Source: Desulfatiglandales bacterium
GTDB taxonomy: Bacteria > Desulfobacterota > DSM-4660 > Desulfatiglandales > Desulfatiglandaceae
DNA length: 64,000 nt
Direction: 5' to 3'
Assembly: GCA_963662465.1 (NCBI GenBank)
Contig: OY759599.1
Location: forward strand, 5,024,001-5,088,000
Shown here: positions 44,199 through 53,448 of the stretch, piece after piece
How the letters are laid out: every line of letters begins with the position of its first letter
How positions within the stretch are numbered: the first letter of the stretch is position 1
Program-made: the position numbers and the translations under genes
Notes under the pieces: model-generated
Database searches by the model: none
Told to the model about the DNA's origin: nothing
Seen by the model: the letters and a program-made list of their open reading frames with translations, nothing else

Positions 44199-47100
44199 GT
44201 AAAATCCCCTTTGAAAACATGAAAAAACGTGGCTCGGTGTTGATCGTGGGCGGCGGCATCGGCAGCATGCAGGCCGCGCTTGATTTAGCCAACAGCGGCT
44301 TTAAGATACACATGATCCAAAAGGATTCCTCTCTGGGAGGCGCCATGGCCATGTTGGATAAAACGTTTCCCACCGGGGATTGCGCCATGTGCATGCTCTC
44401 CCCGAAACTGGTGGAAGTGGGAAGACATCTCAATATTGATCTGCACACCCTGACGGAGGTGGTTTCGGTTCAGGGCGTCCCCGGTGATTTTACCGTCAGG
44501 CTGAAACGTCGCCCGCGCTATGTGGATACCGAAAAGTGTACCGGTTGCGGGCTTTGCGAGGAAAAATGTCCCAAAAAAGTCGTCAGTGAATACGATCAGG
44601 GGTTAGACGTCCGTAAAGCCATTTACGCCCTGTTTCCCCAGGCGTTTCCCAGCACGCGCCTCATCGATAAAGATTACTGCATCTATTTTCAAAAAGGCAA
44701 ATGCCGAGCATGCGAAAAGCTTTGCCCTTCGGGGGCCATTGATTTTGAACAAAAAGAGGAAGAATTTGAACTTCATGCCGGCGCCATTATTTTGGGACCC
44801 GGCCTTGATCGATACGATCCGACGGTTAGACCTGAACTGGGATTTGGCCGATATCCCAATGTGGTAACGTCGATCCAATTTGAGAGGATACTGTCGGCAT
44901 CAGGTCCTTATGTGGGAGAAGTCAAACGACCCGGCGACGGAAAACATCCTCGAAAAGTCGCATGGATTCAATGCGTGGGCTCTCGCGACAACAACAACGC
45001 AAATCCATGGTGTTCTTCCGTTTGCTGCATGTATGCCACCAAACAGGCCATCATCGCCCGAGAGCATGACGGCAGCATCGAGCCGACTATTTTTTACATG
45101 GAAATGAGGGCCTTTGGAAAAGAGTTCGATCGCTATGTGGATCGGGCTAAAAATGAGTACCAGGTGCATTATCAACGCGCCATGATTTCCGCTGTCAGGG
45201 ATGAAGTGGGAACGGGAAATCTGATCCTTCGGTATGCAAAGGAAGACGGAGAACTCATTAATGAGACCTTTGACATGGTGGTATTGTCCGTGGGTCTCCA
45301 ACCTCGCAAAGACGCCGGGGATTTTGCCAAAATTTTCGGGATTGAACCCAACCCATACGGTTTCGCCAAAACGTCGCCGTTTCAACCGGTGGATACCTCC
45401 AAACCGGGTATCTATGTGACTGGAACCTATCAGGGGCCCAAGGATATTCCCGAGACGGTAACCCAGGGCAGCGCTGTTGCGGGACGGGCCATGGGCCTGC
45501 TGGCGGATGCACGGGGAACCGAAACGGTAGTAAAGGAATTGCCCCCGGAAACAGATGTTTCCCATGAAGACCCCAAAATCGGCGTTTTTGTATGCCACTG
45601 CGGCGTTAATATCGCAAAAACTGTTGATATTCCAACGGTTTTAGCGGACGTAAAAACACAGGCCAATGTGGTTCATGCCGAAAATCTCTTGTACGCATGT
45701 TCCCAGGACAGTCAAGATAAAATCAAGGCCCTGGTAAGAACCCTGGGGCTCAATCGGATTGTTGTGGCAAGCTGTACCCCCAGAACCCATGAGCCTTTGT
45801 TTCAGGAAACCATTCGGGATGCGGGCTTGAACAAATATCTTTTCGACCTTGCCGACATCAGGGAACAGTGCGCCTGGTGTCACATCGGGCAGAAGGAAAA
45901 GGCTACCCAAAAGGCCAAAAAGATTATTAGGATGAGCATTGCCAAGAGCCGAAAGCTTTTGCCCGTGCAATCCGATTCGGTGCCGGTCAACGCTTCCGCC
46001 CTGGTGATTGGCGGAGGGATAGCTGGTTTGACCGCATCCCTGGCCCTGGCTGATCAGGGATTTGTCGTTCATTTGGTGGAAAAGGAAAATCAACTGGGAG
46101 GTTTGTGTACTCAGGTATTCAGAACCCTGGACAATCAAGACGTTCAGTTTTTTTTGAAAAATAAGGTCGCGGAAGTCAACGCTCATCCAAAAATTATTAC
46201 TTACATGGGAACAACGGTCAAAAACACAGATGGTTTCGTGGGAAATTTCGTAACCCAATTGACCGACGGCGCCTCTTTTGAACACGGGGCCGTTATTGTC
46301 GCCACCGGAGGCAGGTTTTATGTCCCCACCGAATACGGCTACGGTTCAGACAGACGCATTCTGACCCAGAGGGAACTTGAGAAAAATCTCTCTCAAACAC
46401 CCGCCAAGCCTTCAGATACCTATGTGATGATTCAGTGTGTGGGTTCACGGGAGGAACCCAACCAGTACTGTTCCCGAATCTGCTGCCAGGATGCCGTCAA
46501 AAACGCCATTGAGATCAAGGAAAAGGCTCCGGAAGCCCAAGTGTTTGTTTTATACCGGGACATCAGGACCTACGGCTTGAGGGAAGAATATTATCGAATG
46601 GCACGTGACTTGGGCGTGGTTTTTATTCGTTACGACGTGGATCGAAAACCCTTCGTTTCTCCCGGCCCCTGGGGAATAAAGGTGGAAACCTTTGACCCCA
46701 TGCTCAACAGGGACGTGGAACTGCATGCGGACTATTTGGTCCTTTCCACGGGCATCAGGCCTCACCCTTCCACGGAAACAATCGGCAAATTGTATAAACT
46801 GACCGTTAACGCCGACGGCTATTTTCTGGAAGCGCACGTAAAGCTGAGACCCGTTGATTTTCCGTCCGAGGGCATATTTGTCTGCGGTTTGGCGCATGCG
46901 CCCAAAAACCTTGACGAAGGCATCAGCCAGGCTTTGGCGGCGGCGGGAAGGGCTTCGGTGTTGCTATCCAAGGATTCCCTGAGCGTTTCCGGCACCGTAG
47001 CAAAACATAATCGGGATATCTGCATGTCGTGTCTGACCTGCCTGAGGATTTGCCCGTTTGGGTCTCCGTATATCGATGAAGACGGGAAAATTTCCCACAA

Positions 47101-47251
47101 CGAAGTCAAGTGCATGGGATGCGGCATATGTGCAGGGATTTGTCCGGCCAAGGCTTTTCAAGTGAATAACTTCAAGGACGATCAGATTGTGGCCATGATC
47201 GATGCGTTGACGGAGCCTGAAACATTCAAAGCCGCGGGCAACTTCGCTTAG
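44195..47251 (+). CDS. hdrA: Heterodisulfide reductase subunit A-like, large two-FAD form (Cys version)
   Basis: Two GGGI FAD motifs, LDKTFPTGDCAMC, QCVGSR twice, LEAHVKLRPV, ferredoxin motifs. Confidence 0.93.
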   Translation: MSKIPFENMKKRGSVLIVGGGIGSMQAALDLANSGFKIHMIQKDSSLGGAMAMLDKTFPTGDCAMCMLSPKLVEVGRHLNIDLHTLTEVVSVQGVPGDFTVRLKRRPRYVDTEKCTGCGLCEEKCPKKVVSEYDQGLDVRKAIYALFPQAFPSTRLIDKDYCIYFQKGKCRACEKLCPSGAIDFEQKEEEFELHAGAIILGPGLDRYDPTVRPELGFGRYPNVVTSIQFERILSASGPYVGEVKRPGDGKHPRKVAWIQCVGSRDNNNANPWCSSVCCMYATKQAIIAREHDGSIEPTIFYMEMRAFGKEFDRYVDRAKNEYQVHYQRAMISAVRDEVGTGNLILRYAKEDGELINETFDMVVLSVGLQPRKDAGDFAKIFGIEPNPYGFAKTSPFQPVDTSKPGIYVTGTYQGPKDIPETVTQGSAVAGRAMGLLADARGTETVVKELPPETDVSHEDPKIGVFVCHCGVNIAKTVDIPTVLADVKTQANVVHAENLLYACSQDSQDKIKALVRTLGLNRIVVASCTPRTHEPLFQETIRDAGLNKYLFDLADIREQCAWCHIGQKEKATQKAKKIIRMSIAKSRKLLPVQSDSVPVNASALVIGGGIAGLTASLALADQGFVVHLVEKENQLGGLCTQVFRTLDNQDVQFFLKNKVAEVNAHPKIITYMGTTVKNTDGFVGNFVTQLTDGASFEHGAVIVATGGRFYVPTEYGYGSDRRILTQRELEKNLSQTPAKPSDTYVMIQCVGSREEPNQYCSRICCQDAVKNAIEIKEKAPEAQVFVLYRDIRTYGLREEYYRMARDLGVVFIRYDVDRKPFVSPGPWGIKVETFDPMLNRDVELHADYLVLSTGIRPHPSTETIGKLYKLTVNADGYFLEAHVKLRPVDFPSEGIFVCGLAHAPKNLDEGISQALAAAGRASVLLSKDSLSVSGTVAKHNRDICMSCLTCLRICPFGSPYIDEDGKISHNEVKCMGCGICAGICPAKAFQVNNFKDDQIVAMIDALTEPETFKAAGNFA

Positions 47252-47279
47252 GCTATAGATCAATAAGGAGTATTCAGTT

Positions 47280-47771
47280 ATGGTTGAACCATCCGGACAA
47301 GCAACCCGGGAAGTCGATCCGGGGCTGGAAACGCCCCATGAAAACCCCGCTGAATGGGAGCCGAATGTGCTGGCCTTTGCCTGTCACTATTGCGCGTTTG
47401 CCGCCGCGGATCTGGCGGGGGTCATGAGGCTCAGTTATCCAACCAACGTAAAAATCATTCGACTCCCCTGCACCGGGAAACTGGACCATTTTTACGTGCT
47501 TCGGGCCTTCGAAAGGGGCCTGGACGGCGTTTTTGTAACGGGTTGACTCCAGGGACAATGTCATTTCCTGGAGGGAAATACAAATGCCGCAAAACGCATC
47601 GCCTATATTAAAACGCTTCTGCCCCAAGTGGGAATTGATCCCCAAAGAGTGGAAATGTACAACCTGTCCGCTGCCATGGGACCCAGATGGACGGAAATCT
47701 GCACGGAATTCACCGAAAAAATAAGAAAGCTGGGTCCATCCCCTATTTGGTGGGCCGACCAAAGGCATTAA
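47280..47771 (+). CDS. mvhD: MvhD-family [2Fe-2S] subunit, predicted selenoprotein (UGA 47544-47546)
   Basis: FACHYC, LPCTGK, then VFVTG-UGA-LQGQCHFLEGN...KLGPSP in frame to TAA 47771; UGA at a conserved Cys. Confidence 0.92.
47547..47573 (+). promoter_or_regulatory. Putative SECIS hairpin (mvhD)
   Basis: CTCCAGG-GACAATGTCATTT-CCTGGAG immediately 3-prime of UGA. Confidence 0.65.
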
Positions 47772-47790
47772 GCATAAGGAGTCACCGGCA

Positions 47791-48459
47791 ATGATCGTTG
47801 GAAAACAAAAACCCCTGGATGAAATTTGGAATATGATCAAGGACTACAAAAGAGTCCTTGTTTTTGGCTGTAACACCTGTGTGGCCATTTGTCATGAGGG
47901 CGGAAATAAGGAGGCCGAAATTTTAGGCTCCCTTCTTCGCATGAAGGCCAAGCAGGCGGCAGTAGATATCACAATAGAAACGAATGGCATCGAACGTCAG
48001 TGCGAACATGAATATTTTGAACAGGTCATGGCGCCCATTGAAGAATCCGATGCGGTCCTCTCCCTCGCCTGCGGCGCGGGCGTTCAGTTCCTGGGAGAAA
48101 AATTTCCCCAAAAAATCGTGCTTCCCGGGCTCAACACCACCTTTATCGGCGTTGTGGATGCCCCGGGAGAATTCAGTGAGAGATGCCTTATGTGCGGGGA
48201 TTGCATCCTGCACTTGACGGGTGGCATATGCCCCATTACCCGATGCTCGAAATCACTCATGAACGGCCCCTGCGGCGGCACCAACAAAGGGAGTTGTGAA
48301 ATCAACCCGGACATCCCCTGTGCCTGGTACATGATCCATGAAAGACTGGAAGCTCAGGGACGAAGCCATTTAATTGATGTTTTCATTCCACCCAAAGATT
48401 GGGCAACATCGAGGGATGGCGGTCCCAGAAGACAGATCAGGGAGGATTTATCAAAATGA
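47791..48459 (+). CDS. metV: MetV (Fe-S/Zn partner of methylene-THF reductase)
   Basis: GCNTCVAIC, RQCE, ACGAGVQ, ERCLMCGDC, CPITRCSKSLMNGPCGG, CAW. Confidence 0.93.
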   Translation: MIVGKQKPLDEIWNMIKDYKRVLVFGCNTCVAICHEGGNKEAEILGSLLRMKAKQAAVDITIETNGIERQCEHEYFEQVMAPIEESDAVLSLACGAGVQFLGEKFPQKIVLPGLNTTFIGVVDAPGEFSERCLMCGDCILHLTGGICPITRCSKSLMNGPCGGTNKGSCEINPDIPCAWYMIHERLEAQGRSHLIDVFIPPKDWATSRDGGPRRQIREDLSK

Positions 48460-49388
48460 GTAATTTTAAGTCCGGCAGCAATCTGGAAAAAATACTGAAA
48501 TCGGGACAATTTGCCTTTACCGGAGAATGCGGACCGCCCGAAGGTGCCGACGTGGAACATCTCAGGGAAAAGGCTCGCCATTTGAAGGGAAATGTGGATG
48601 CCGTAAATGTAACCGATAACCAGACCGCGGTGGTGAGGATGTCAAGCTGGGCCGCGTCCTTGATTCTGATGGAAGAAGGATTGGAACCCAATTTTCAGAT
48701 GGTCTGCCGAGACAGAAATCGTCTGGCCATACAAAGTGATGTTCTGGGAGTTTACGCTCACGGCATCAAGAATATGCTTTGCCTGTCCGGGGACCACCAG
48801 AAATTTGGAGACCACCCTCAGGCCAAGAATGTGTTTGATATCGACTCCATGCAGTTGATCCATACGGTCAAAACCATGAGAGACGAGGGGAAATTCCTTA
48901 GCGGCAAGGATATTCAGGTTCCGCCTCGATTATTCATAGGCGCCGCTTCGAATCCCTTTGCCGAACCCGTTGCTTTTCGCGTGCGCCGACTGGCCAAAAA
49001 GATTTCAGTAGGGGCTGACTTCATTCAAACCCAATGCATATACAACATGGACAAATTCAGGGCGTTCATGAAACAGGCCGTGGATATGGGGCTTCACGAA
49101 AAATGTTACATCCTTGCGGGTATCACCCCCATGAAAAGCGTTGGAATGGCGCGTTACATGGCCAACAATGTGCCCGGCATGGATGTGCCGGACAGTCTCA
49201 TTGACAGGCTGAAGGGGGCCGGTAAAGGCAAAGCCGCCGAAGAAGGCATCCGGTACGCCCTTGAGCAAATAGAAACGTTGAAGGAAATGGAAGGCGTTGC
49301 CGGCGTCCATCTGATGGCCATCGAATGGGAACACAGGGTCCCCGAAATCGCTGAAAGGGCCGGAATGCTGCCGCGGCCTCTGCTCTGA
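48456..49388 (+). CDS. metF: Methylenetetrahydrofolate reductase MetF
   Basis: NVTDNQTA, CRDRNRLAIQSD, LSGDH, GADFIQTQ; ATGA coupling to metV. Confidence 0.95.
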   Translation: MSNFKSGSNLEKILKSGQFAFTGECGPPEGADVEHLREKARHLKGNVDAVNVTDNQTAVVRMSSWAASLILMEEGLEPNFQMVCRDRNRLAIQSDVLGVYAHGIKNMLCLSGDHQKFGDHPQAKNVFDIDSMQLIHTVKTMRDEGKFLSGKDIQVPPRLFIGAASNPFAEPVAFRVRRLAKKISVGADFIQTQCIYNMDKFRAFMKQAVDMGLHEKCYILAGITPMKSVGMARYMANNVPGMDVPDSLIDRLKGAGKGKAAEEGIRYALEQIETLKEMEGVAGVHLMAIEWEHRVPEIAERAGMLPRPLL

Positions 49389-49407
49389 TAGGCATCCCGC
49401 CCTTCAT

Positions 49408-49450
49408 CCCCGCAACCTTGGTTTTTTATGCCGGGGTGCGGGTTTTTTTT
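49408..49450 (+). terminator. Intrinsic terminator after metF
   Basis: CCCGCA...TGCGGG stem followed by a T-run. Confidence 0.7.
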
Positions 49451-49503
49451 GACCCAACGCCAAAAAAATACAATGGTTTTTTTTACGGAAATCCAATTTT
49501 TTC

Positions 49504-49546
49504 TTGACACGTAGTTACGATGTAGCTAGATTGTGATCACATCGTA
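49504..49546 (+). promoter_or_regulatory. Sigma-70 promoter of the bam operon with overlapping inverted-repeat operator
   Basis: TTGACA-N17-TAGATT; TACGATGT-N15-ACATCGTA 49516-49546; nested palindrome TGTGATCACA. Confidence 0.7.
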
Positions 49547-49675
49547 CCGGGTATCATCGATAATTTCATATCAGTATTAACGGTTTAGGTGAAGGTTGCG
49601 TCGAATTAAGCGCCTGCAACTCATGATGAGCCAAAAGCATGTGGCGGATTCAGGTAATTTAGAAGGGGAAGAAAA

Positions 49676-51685
49676 ATGAGGTACGCAGAAACAGGGTTTA
49701 ATTTAGAAATAGATCTATCCCAGGGAAACATTGAGAGGGTAGAAACGGACCCAAGAGACACAGAGCTTTATCTGGGGGGCCTGGGGACAAATGCCAAGAT
49801 ATTATGGGAAAGGGTTCCCCCTGAAGTAGAGCCTTTTTCTCCCGATAATCTCCTCATATTCAGCGCTGGCCTTTTATGCGGCACGCCTGCCACCGGTTGT
49901 AACCGAACCATTGTTTCTACTATTTCCCCTCAGACTCGGTTAATGGCATTTTCAATGATGGGGGGATTTTGGGCGCCGGAATTGAAGTATGCCGGTTATG
50001 ACAAAGTAATTCTTCGCGGCAAATCCCCCAAGCTGGTTTATTTGTGGATCAACAACGACAAAGTTGAAATACGGGATGCCGCTCATCTCCAGGGGAAAGG
50101 CGCCGTTGAAACCGCGGAGCTGATTCAACAGGAATTGAAAGAACCGAATGCTCAGGTAGCGGCCATAGGCCTGGCCGGTGAAAACAGGGTTTTTTTTGCT
50201 TCCATCGAGCAGGGGAGATCCAGCGCCAGCAGAGCCGGCGTCGGTGCCGTTATGGGCGACAAAGGCGTAAAGGCCATCGTTGTCCGCGGCACAAAGGACG
50301 TCAATATTGCCCGACCCGATGAATTTATCGGGCTTTGCAACGAAGTGCTGGAGTACATCAAGATTCGAAATCAAGCGCCGATTCCGGGGGTCATGCCCAT
50401 TTTGGCCGGGCTTGGATCGCCCCAGGAAATGAAAGTCCATGACGAGAAGTGGCACACCGAAAATTTTTCATGGGGAAATTCCCGCACCCGCAGAAAAGAT
50501 TTCTGGAACGACGACATTGCAAAAGCGTGGATGGAAACCATGGAAAGCATGCGGACCCGGTTGATCAGTTGCTTCAACTGTCCCATGACATGCGGCGCCA
50601 CCATCACGCCTCCGGGGCTTCCCACATACATGATGAAATGCTTCTCGAAGCTGACCTACACCATGGCGGCCTTTTCAGATCTGGAATTTGGTTTGGGCAT
50701 CGCTCAAAGTGCCACGGAGTATGGGGTGGACGGATTCTCGGCACCACAGGTGATGGCTTTCGGTCTTGAGCTTTACGAAAACGGCATCTTGACGGATGAT
50801 GATTTTCCCGGAATGCCGGCTGATAACAATGGCAGATTTTACTGGTTGCTGGACAAAATTGTTCGGAGAGAAGGGATCGGCGATATCCTGGCCAATGGCA
50901 CTTATTGGGCGGCCAAAGAGATCGGCAAGGGCGCTGAAGCCTATGCGCACAACAATATTAAAAAACATGAACAGCTGCCACTCAAGCTGTCCATGCTGAA
51001 TCCCATCTATTTTCTGATGTATGCCACCGGCGAGAAAATCAACATTACCCAGATTGAAGGGCAATTCCCCCAGGCGCCATTTCCCAAGCGAGAACAGAGA
51101 GAAGCCTTTGTAAAGGATTGGTATCAGGTGCCCGATGAAAAATTTAAGCAATATTTTCTGGACTGGGAGCTTCGCGGAGAAAACTCCATCCCCTATTATC
51201 CAACGGTTGACATGGCGTGTGATATTGTTGATTGGCAGGAACAAATGCACTACATCGACGACGCCCTCGGCATGTGCGCGGGCTTATCTTCATTCCCCCT
51301 GAAACCGCCCTATCATATGCACAATTACCCGAAATTTATCTCATCGGGGGCCGGCATTGACATGGATGAAGAAAAGCTGACCCAGGCAGCCAGAAGATAC
51401 CGAACTTTGGTCAGGGCCATTAACATCAGAAGAGGCATGAGAAGAAAAGATGAAAAGCCGCCTGAAAACCATTGGAAAAAAAGATTTCCCGAACTGGAAG
51501 AGAAACTGTTAGATACCTACTACAAATTCAAGGGGTGGAATCGTCAGGGAATTCCCACGAAAGAATCGCTACATGAATTGGGTTTGGATTACGTATTCGA
51601 AGACTTCGAAAAACGGGGGATCTATTCAGATAACGACGACGCGCCTTCCACAGAGACCTCGACGGAAAAAGAGAAGGAGGTGTAG
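49676..51685 (+). CDS. bamB: Class II benzoyl-CoA reductase catalytic subunit (W-pterin, AOR family)
   Basis: MRYAETG start, GSPQEMKVHDEKWHTENF, SCFNCPMTC, YMMKCF, TQIEGQFPQ; closely matches the BamB sequence as I recall it. Confidence 0.93.
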   Translation: MRYAETGFNLEIDLSQGNIERVETDPRDTELYLGGLGTNAKILWERVPPEVEPFSPDNLLIFSAGLLCGTPATGCNRTIVSTISPQTRLMAFSMMGGFWAPELKYAGYDKVILRGKSPKLVYLWINNDKVEIRDAAHLQGKGAVETAELIQQELKEPNAQVAAIGLAGENRVFFASIEQGRSSASRAGVGAVMGDKGVKAIVVRGTKDVNIARPDEFIGLCNEVLEYIKIRNQAPIPGVMPILAGLGSPQEMKVHDEKWHTENFSWGNSRTRRKDFWNDDIAKAWMETMESMRTRLISCFNCPMTCGATITPPGLPTYMMKCFSKLTYTMAAFSDLEFGLGIAQSATEYGVDGFSAPQVMAFGLELYENGILTDDDFPGMPADNNGRFYWLLDKIVRREGIGDILANGTYWAAKEIGKGAEAYAHNNIKKHEQLPLKLSMLNPIYFLMYATGEKINITQIEGQFPQAPFPKREQREAFVKDWYQVPDEKFKQYFLDWELRGENSIPYYPTVDMACDIVDWQEQMHYIDDALGMCAGLSSFPLKPPYHMHNYPKFISSGAGIDMDEEKLTQAARRYRTLVRAINIRRGMRRKDEKPPENHWKKRFPELEEKLLDTYYKFKGWNRQGIPTKESLHELGLDYVFEDFEKRGIYSDNDDAPSTETSTEKEKEV

Positions 51686-51687
51686 CC

Positions 51688-52227
51688 GTGGGCGAGAAAA
51701 AAAAGAAAATTGTTAAAACCATCAAAGTTAATGCCGACCTGTGCAATGGTTGCCGAGCTTGCGAGGTCATCTGCTCCGCCTTTCACGCGGCGCCGAAATA
51801 CAGCGGCAATAATCCGGCAAGATCCCGTATCAAGGTAAATCGTCACCCATTAAAAGACATTTATGTTCCGGTATACGCTGGTGAGTATACCGCATCCGAA
51901 TGTGCCGGCAGAGATAAGTATGTGATTGACGGAAAGGAATACGAAGAGTGCGCCTTCTGCCGGGCTTCCTGCCCATCCAGGCGTGATTTCAAAGAACCCG
52001 ATTCCGGTCTCCCGCTAAAATGCGATATGTGTGAAGGCGAAGACGAGCCCTTGTGCGTCAAGTGGTGTCTGGTGGATGCCCTAACTTACGAAGAGCGGGA
52101 AGAGGAAGTGGAAGAAGAGGAAAGCCCGGAGGAAATGGAGATCGGATTGCAGGCATTGGCAAACCAATATGGACTGGACAAAATAATGGAAACCGTTAAC
52201 CGAATGTCAATGTCCAAGACGAGCTGA
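51688..52227 (+). CDS. bamC: Benzoyl-CoA reductase Fe-S subunit BamC
   Basis: CNGCRACEVIC, ECAFCRASCP, EPDSGLPLKCDMC; follows bamB. Confidence 0.9.
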   Translation: MGEKKKKIVKTIKVNADLCNGCRACEVICSAFHAAPKYSGNNPARSRIKVNRHPLKDIYVPVYAGEYTASECAGRDKYVIDGKEYEECAFCRASCPSRRDFKEPDSGLPLKCDMCEGEDEPLCVKWCLVDALTYEEREEEVEEEESPEEMEIGLQALANQYGLDKIMETVNRMSMSKTS

Positions 52228-52262
52228 AATATAAAGGCAAAACAAGAGGTTTAAGAAATACC

Positions 52263-53414
52263 GTGGAGAATGTAGCCGACTACAAAGAGATCATCGATGT
52301 CATCAAGGAAAGTGGTGGCGACGCCTTCAAAAGATGCTTCCAATGCGGGTTATGCGATACGGTTTGTCCCTGGAACAGGGTCAGAAACTTCAGCATGCGC
52401 AAGCTGGTCCGACAGGCGACTTTTGGTTTTACCGAGATCGAAAGTGAAGAGATGTGGCTTTGCACCACCTGCGGAAGATGCCCTCAGCAGTGCCCCAGGG
52501 ACGTCAATCAGATTGAGTCGGGGATCGCATTGCGCAGGGTTGCCACGGAATACGGGGTCTTTCCCGCTTCCGTCAAACCCATCCGCACGGCCATCGGAAG
52601 CCTCACGGGAGAGGGCAACCCCATCGGCGAAGACCGAAAAAAAAGAGCGGATTGGGCCAAGGGCCAGGGAATCAACACCTTTTCGGAAGAAATGGAAATT
52701 TTATACTTCCCCGGCTGCTACCCCAGCTATGACCCGAGACTAAAAAAGGTAGCTACCGCCACGGCGAAGATTCTCAAATCGGCGGGGGTGAATTTCGGGA
52801 TACTCGGGGCAAAAGAAAATTGCTGTGGGGAAAGCATCCGCAAAACCGGCGATGAGGAGTTATTCAAACGCCTGGCCAAGGAAAACATCAAGACCTTTAT
52901 CGATAACGGCGTCAAAAAGATCCTGGTTTCTTCCCCCCATTGCTACCACACCTTCAAAAACGAGTATCCCCAATTCATGGTGAACTTTGAAATAGTCCAT
53001 ATTTCCCAGTATTTATTCGAGCTGATGAACGAGGGAAGACTTAAATTTACCGGGGAATATGAGAAGAAAATAACCTATCATGACCCCTGTTACCTGGGAA
53101 GGCATAACGGCATATATGAGGAACCCCGGGAAGTTCTGAAAAGGATACCGGGTTTGACATTGCATGAAATGCCCGATTCTCGCGTAGACAGTCTCTGTTG
53201 CGGCGGGGGCGGCGGCAGGGTCTGGATGGAAACCCAAAAGGGGGAGAGATTCGGCGATATTAGAATCGAACAGGCCATTGGGGTGGGCGCAGAGGTACTG
53301 GCGACCTGCTGTCCCTACTGCATTACCATGCTTGAGGACAGCCGGATCACCATGGGCGTCGATGAAAAGATCGAGATTAAAGACATCACCGAGATCATAC
53401 AGGACGTTATTTAG
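52263..53414 (+). CDS. bamD: BamD (HdrD-like, Fe-S plus CCG domains)
   Basis: CFQCGLCDTVCP, CTTCGRC, NCCG, TYHDPCYLGRHN, LCCGGGGG. Confidence 0.88.
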   Translation: MENVADYKEIIDVIKESGGDAFKRCFQCGLCDTVCPWNRVRNFSMRKLVRQATFGFTEIESEEMWLCTTCGRCPQQCPRDVNQIESGIALRRVATEYGVFPASVKPIRTAIGSLTGEGNPIGEDRKKRADWAKGQGINTFSEEMEILYFPGCYPSYDPRLKKVATATAKILKSAGVNFGILGAKENCCGESIRKTGDEELFKRLAKENIKTFIDNGVKKILVSSPHCYHTFKNEYPQFMVNFEIVHISQYLFELMNEGRLKFTGEYEKKITYHDPCYLGRHNGIYEEPREVLKRIPGLTLHEMPDSRVDSLCCGGGGGRVWMETQKGERFGDIRIEQAIGVGAEVLATCCPYCITMLEDSRITMGVDEKIEIKDITEIIQDVI

Positions 53415-53448
53415 GGATCTTACAAATCTCACATAGGGAAATAGAGCA

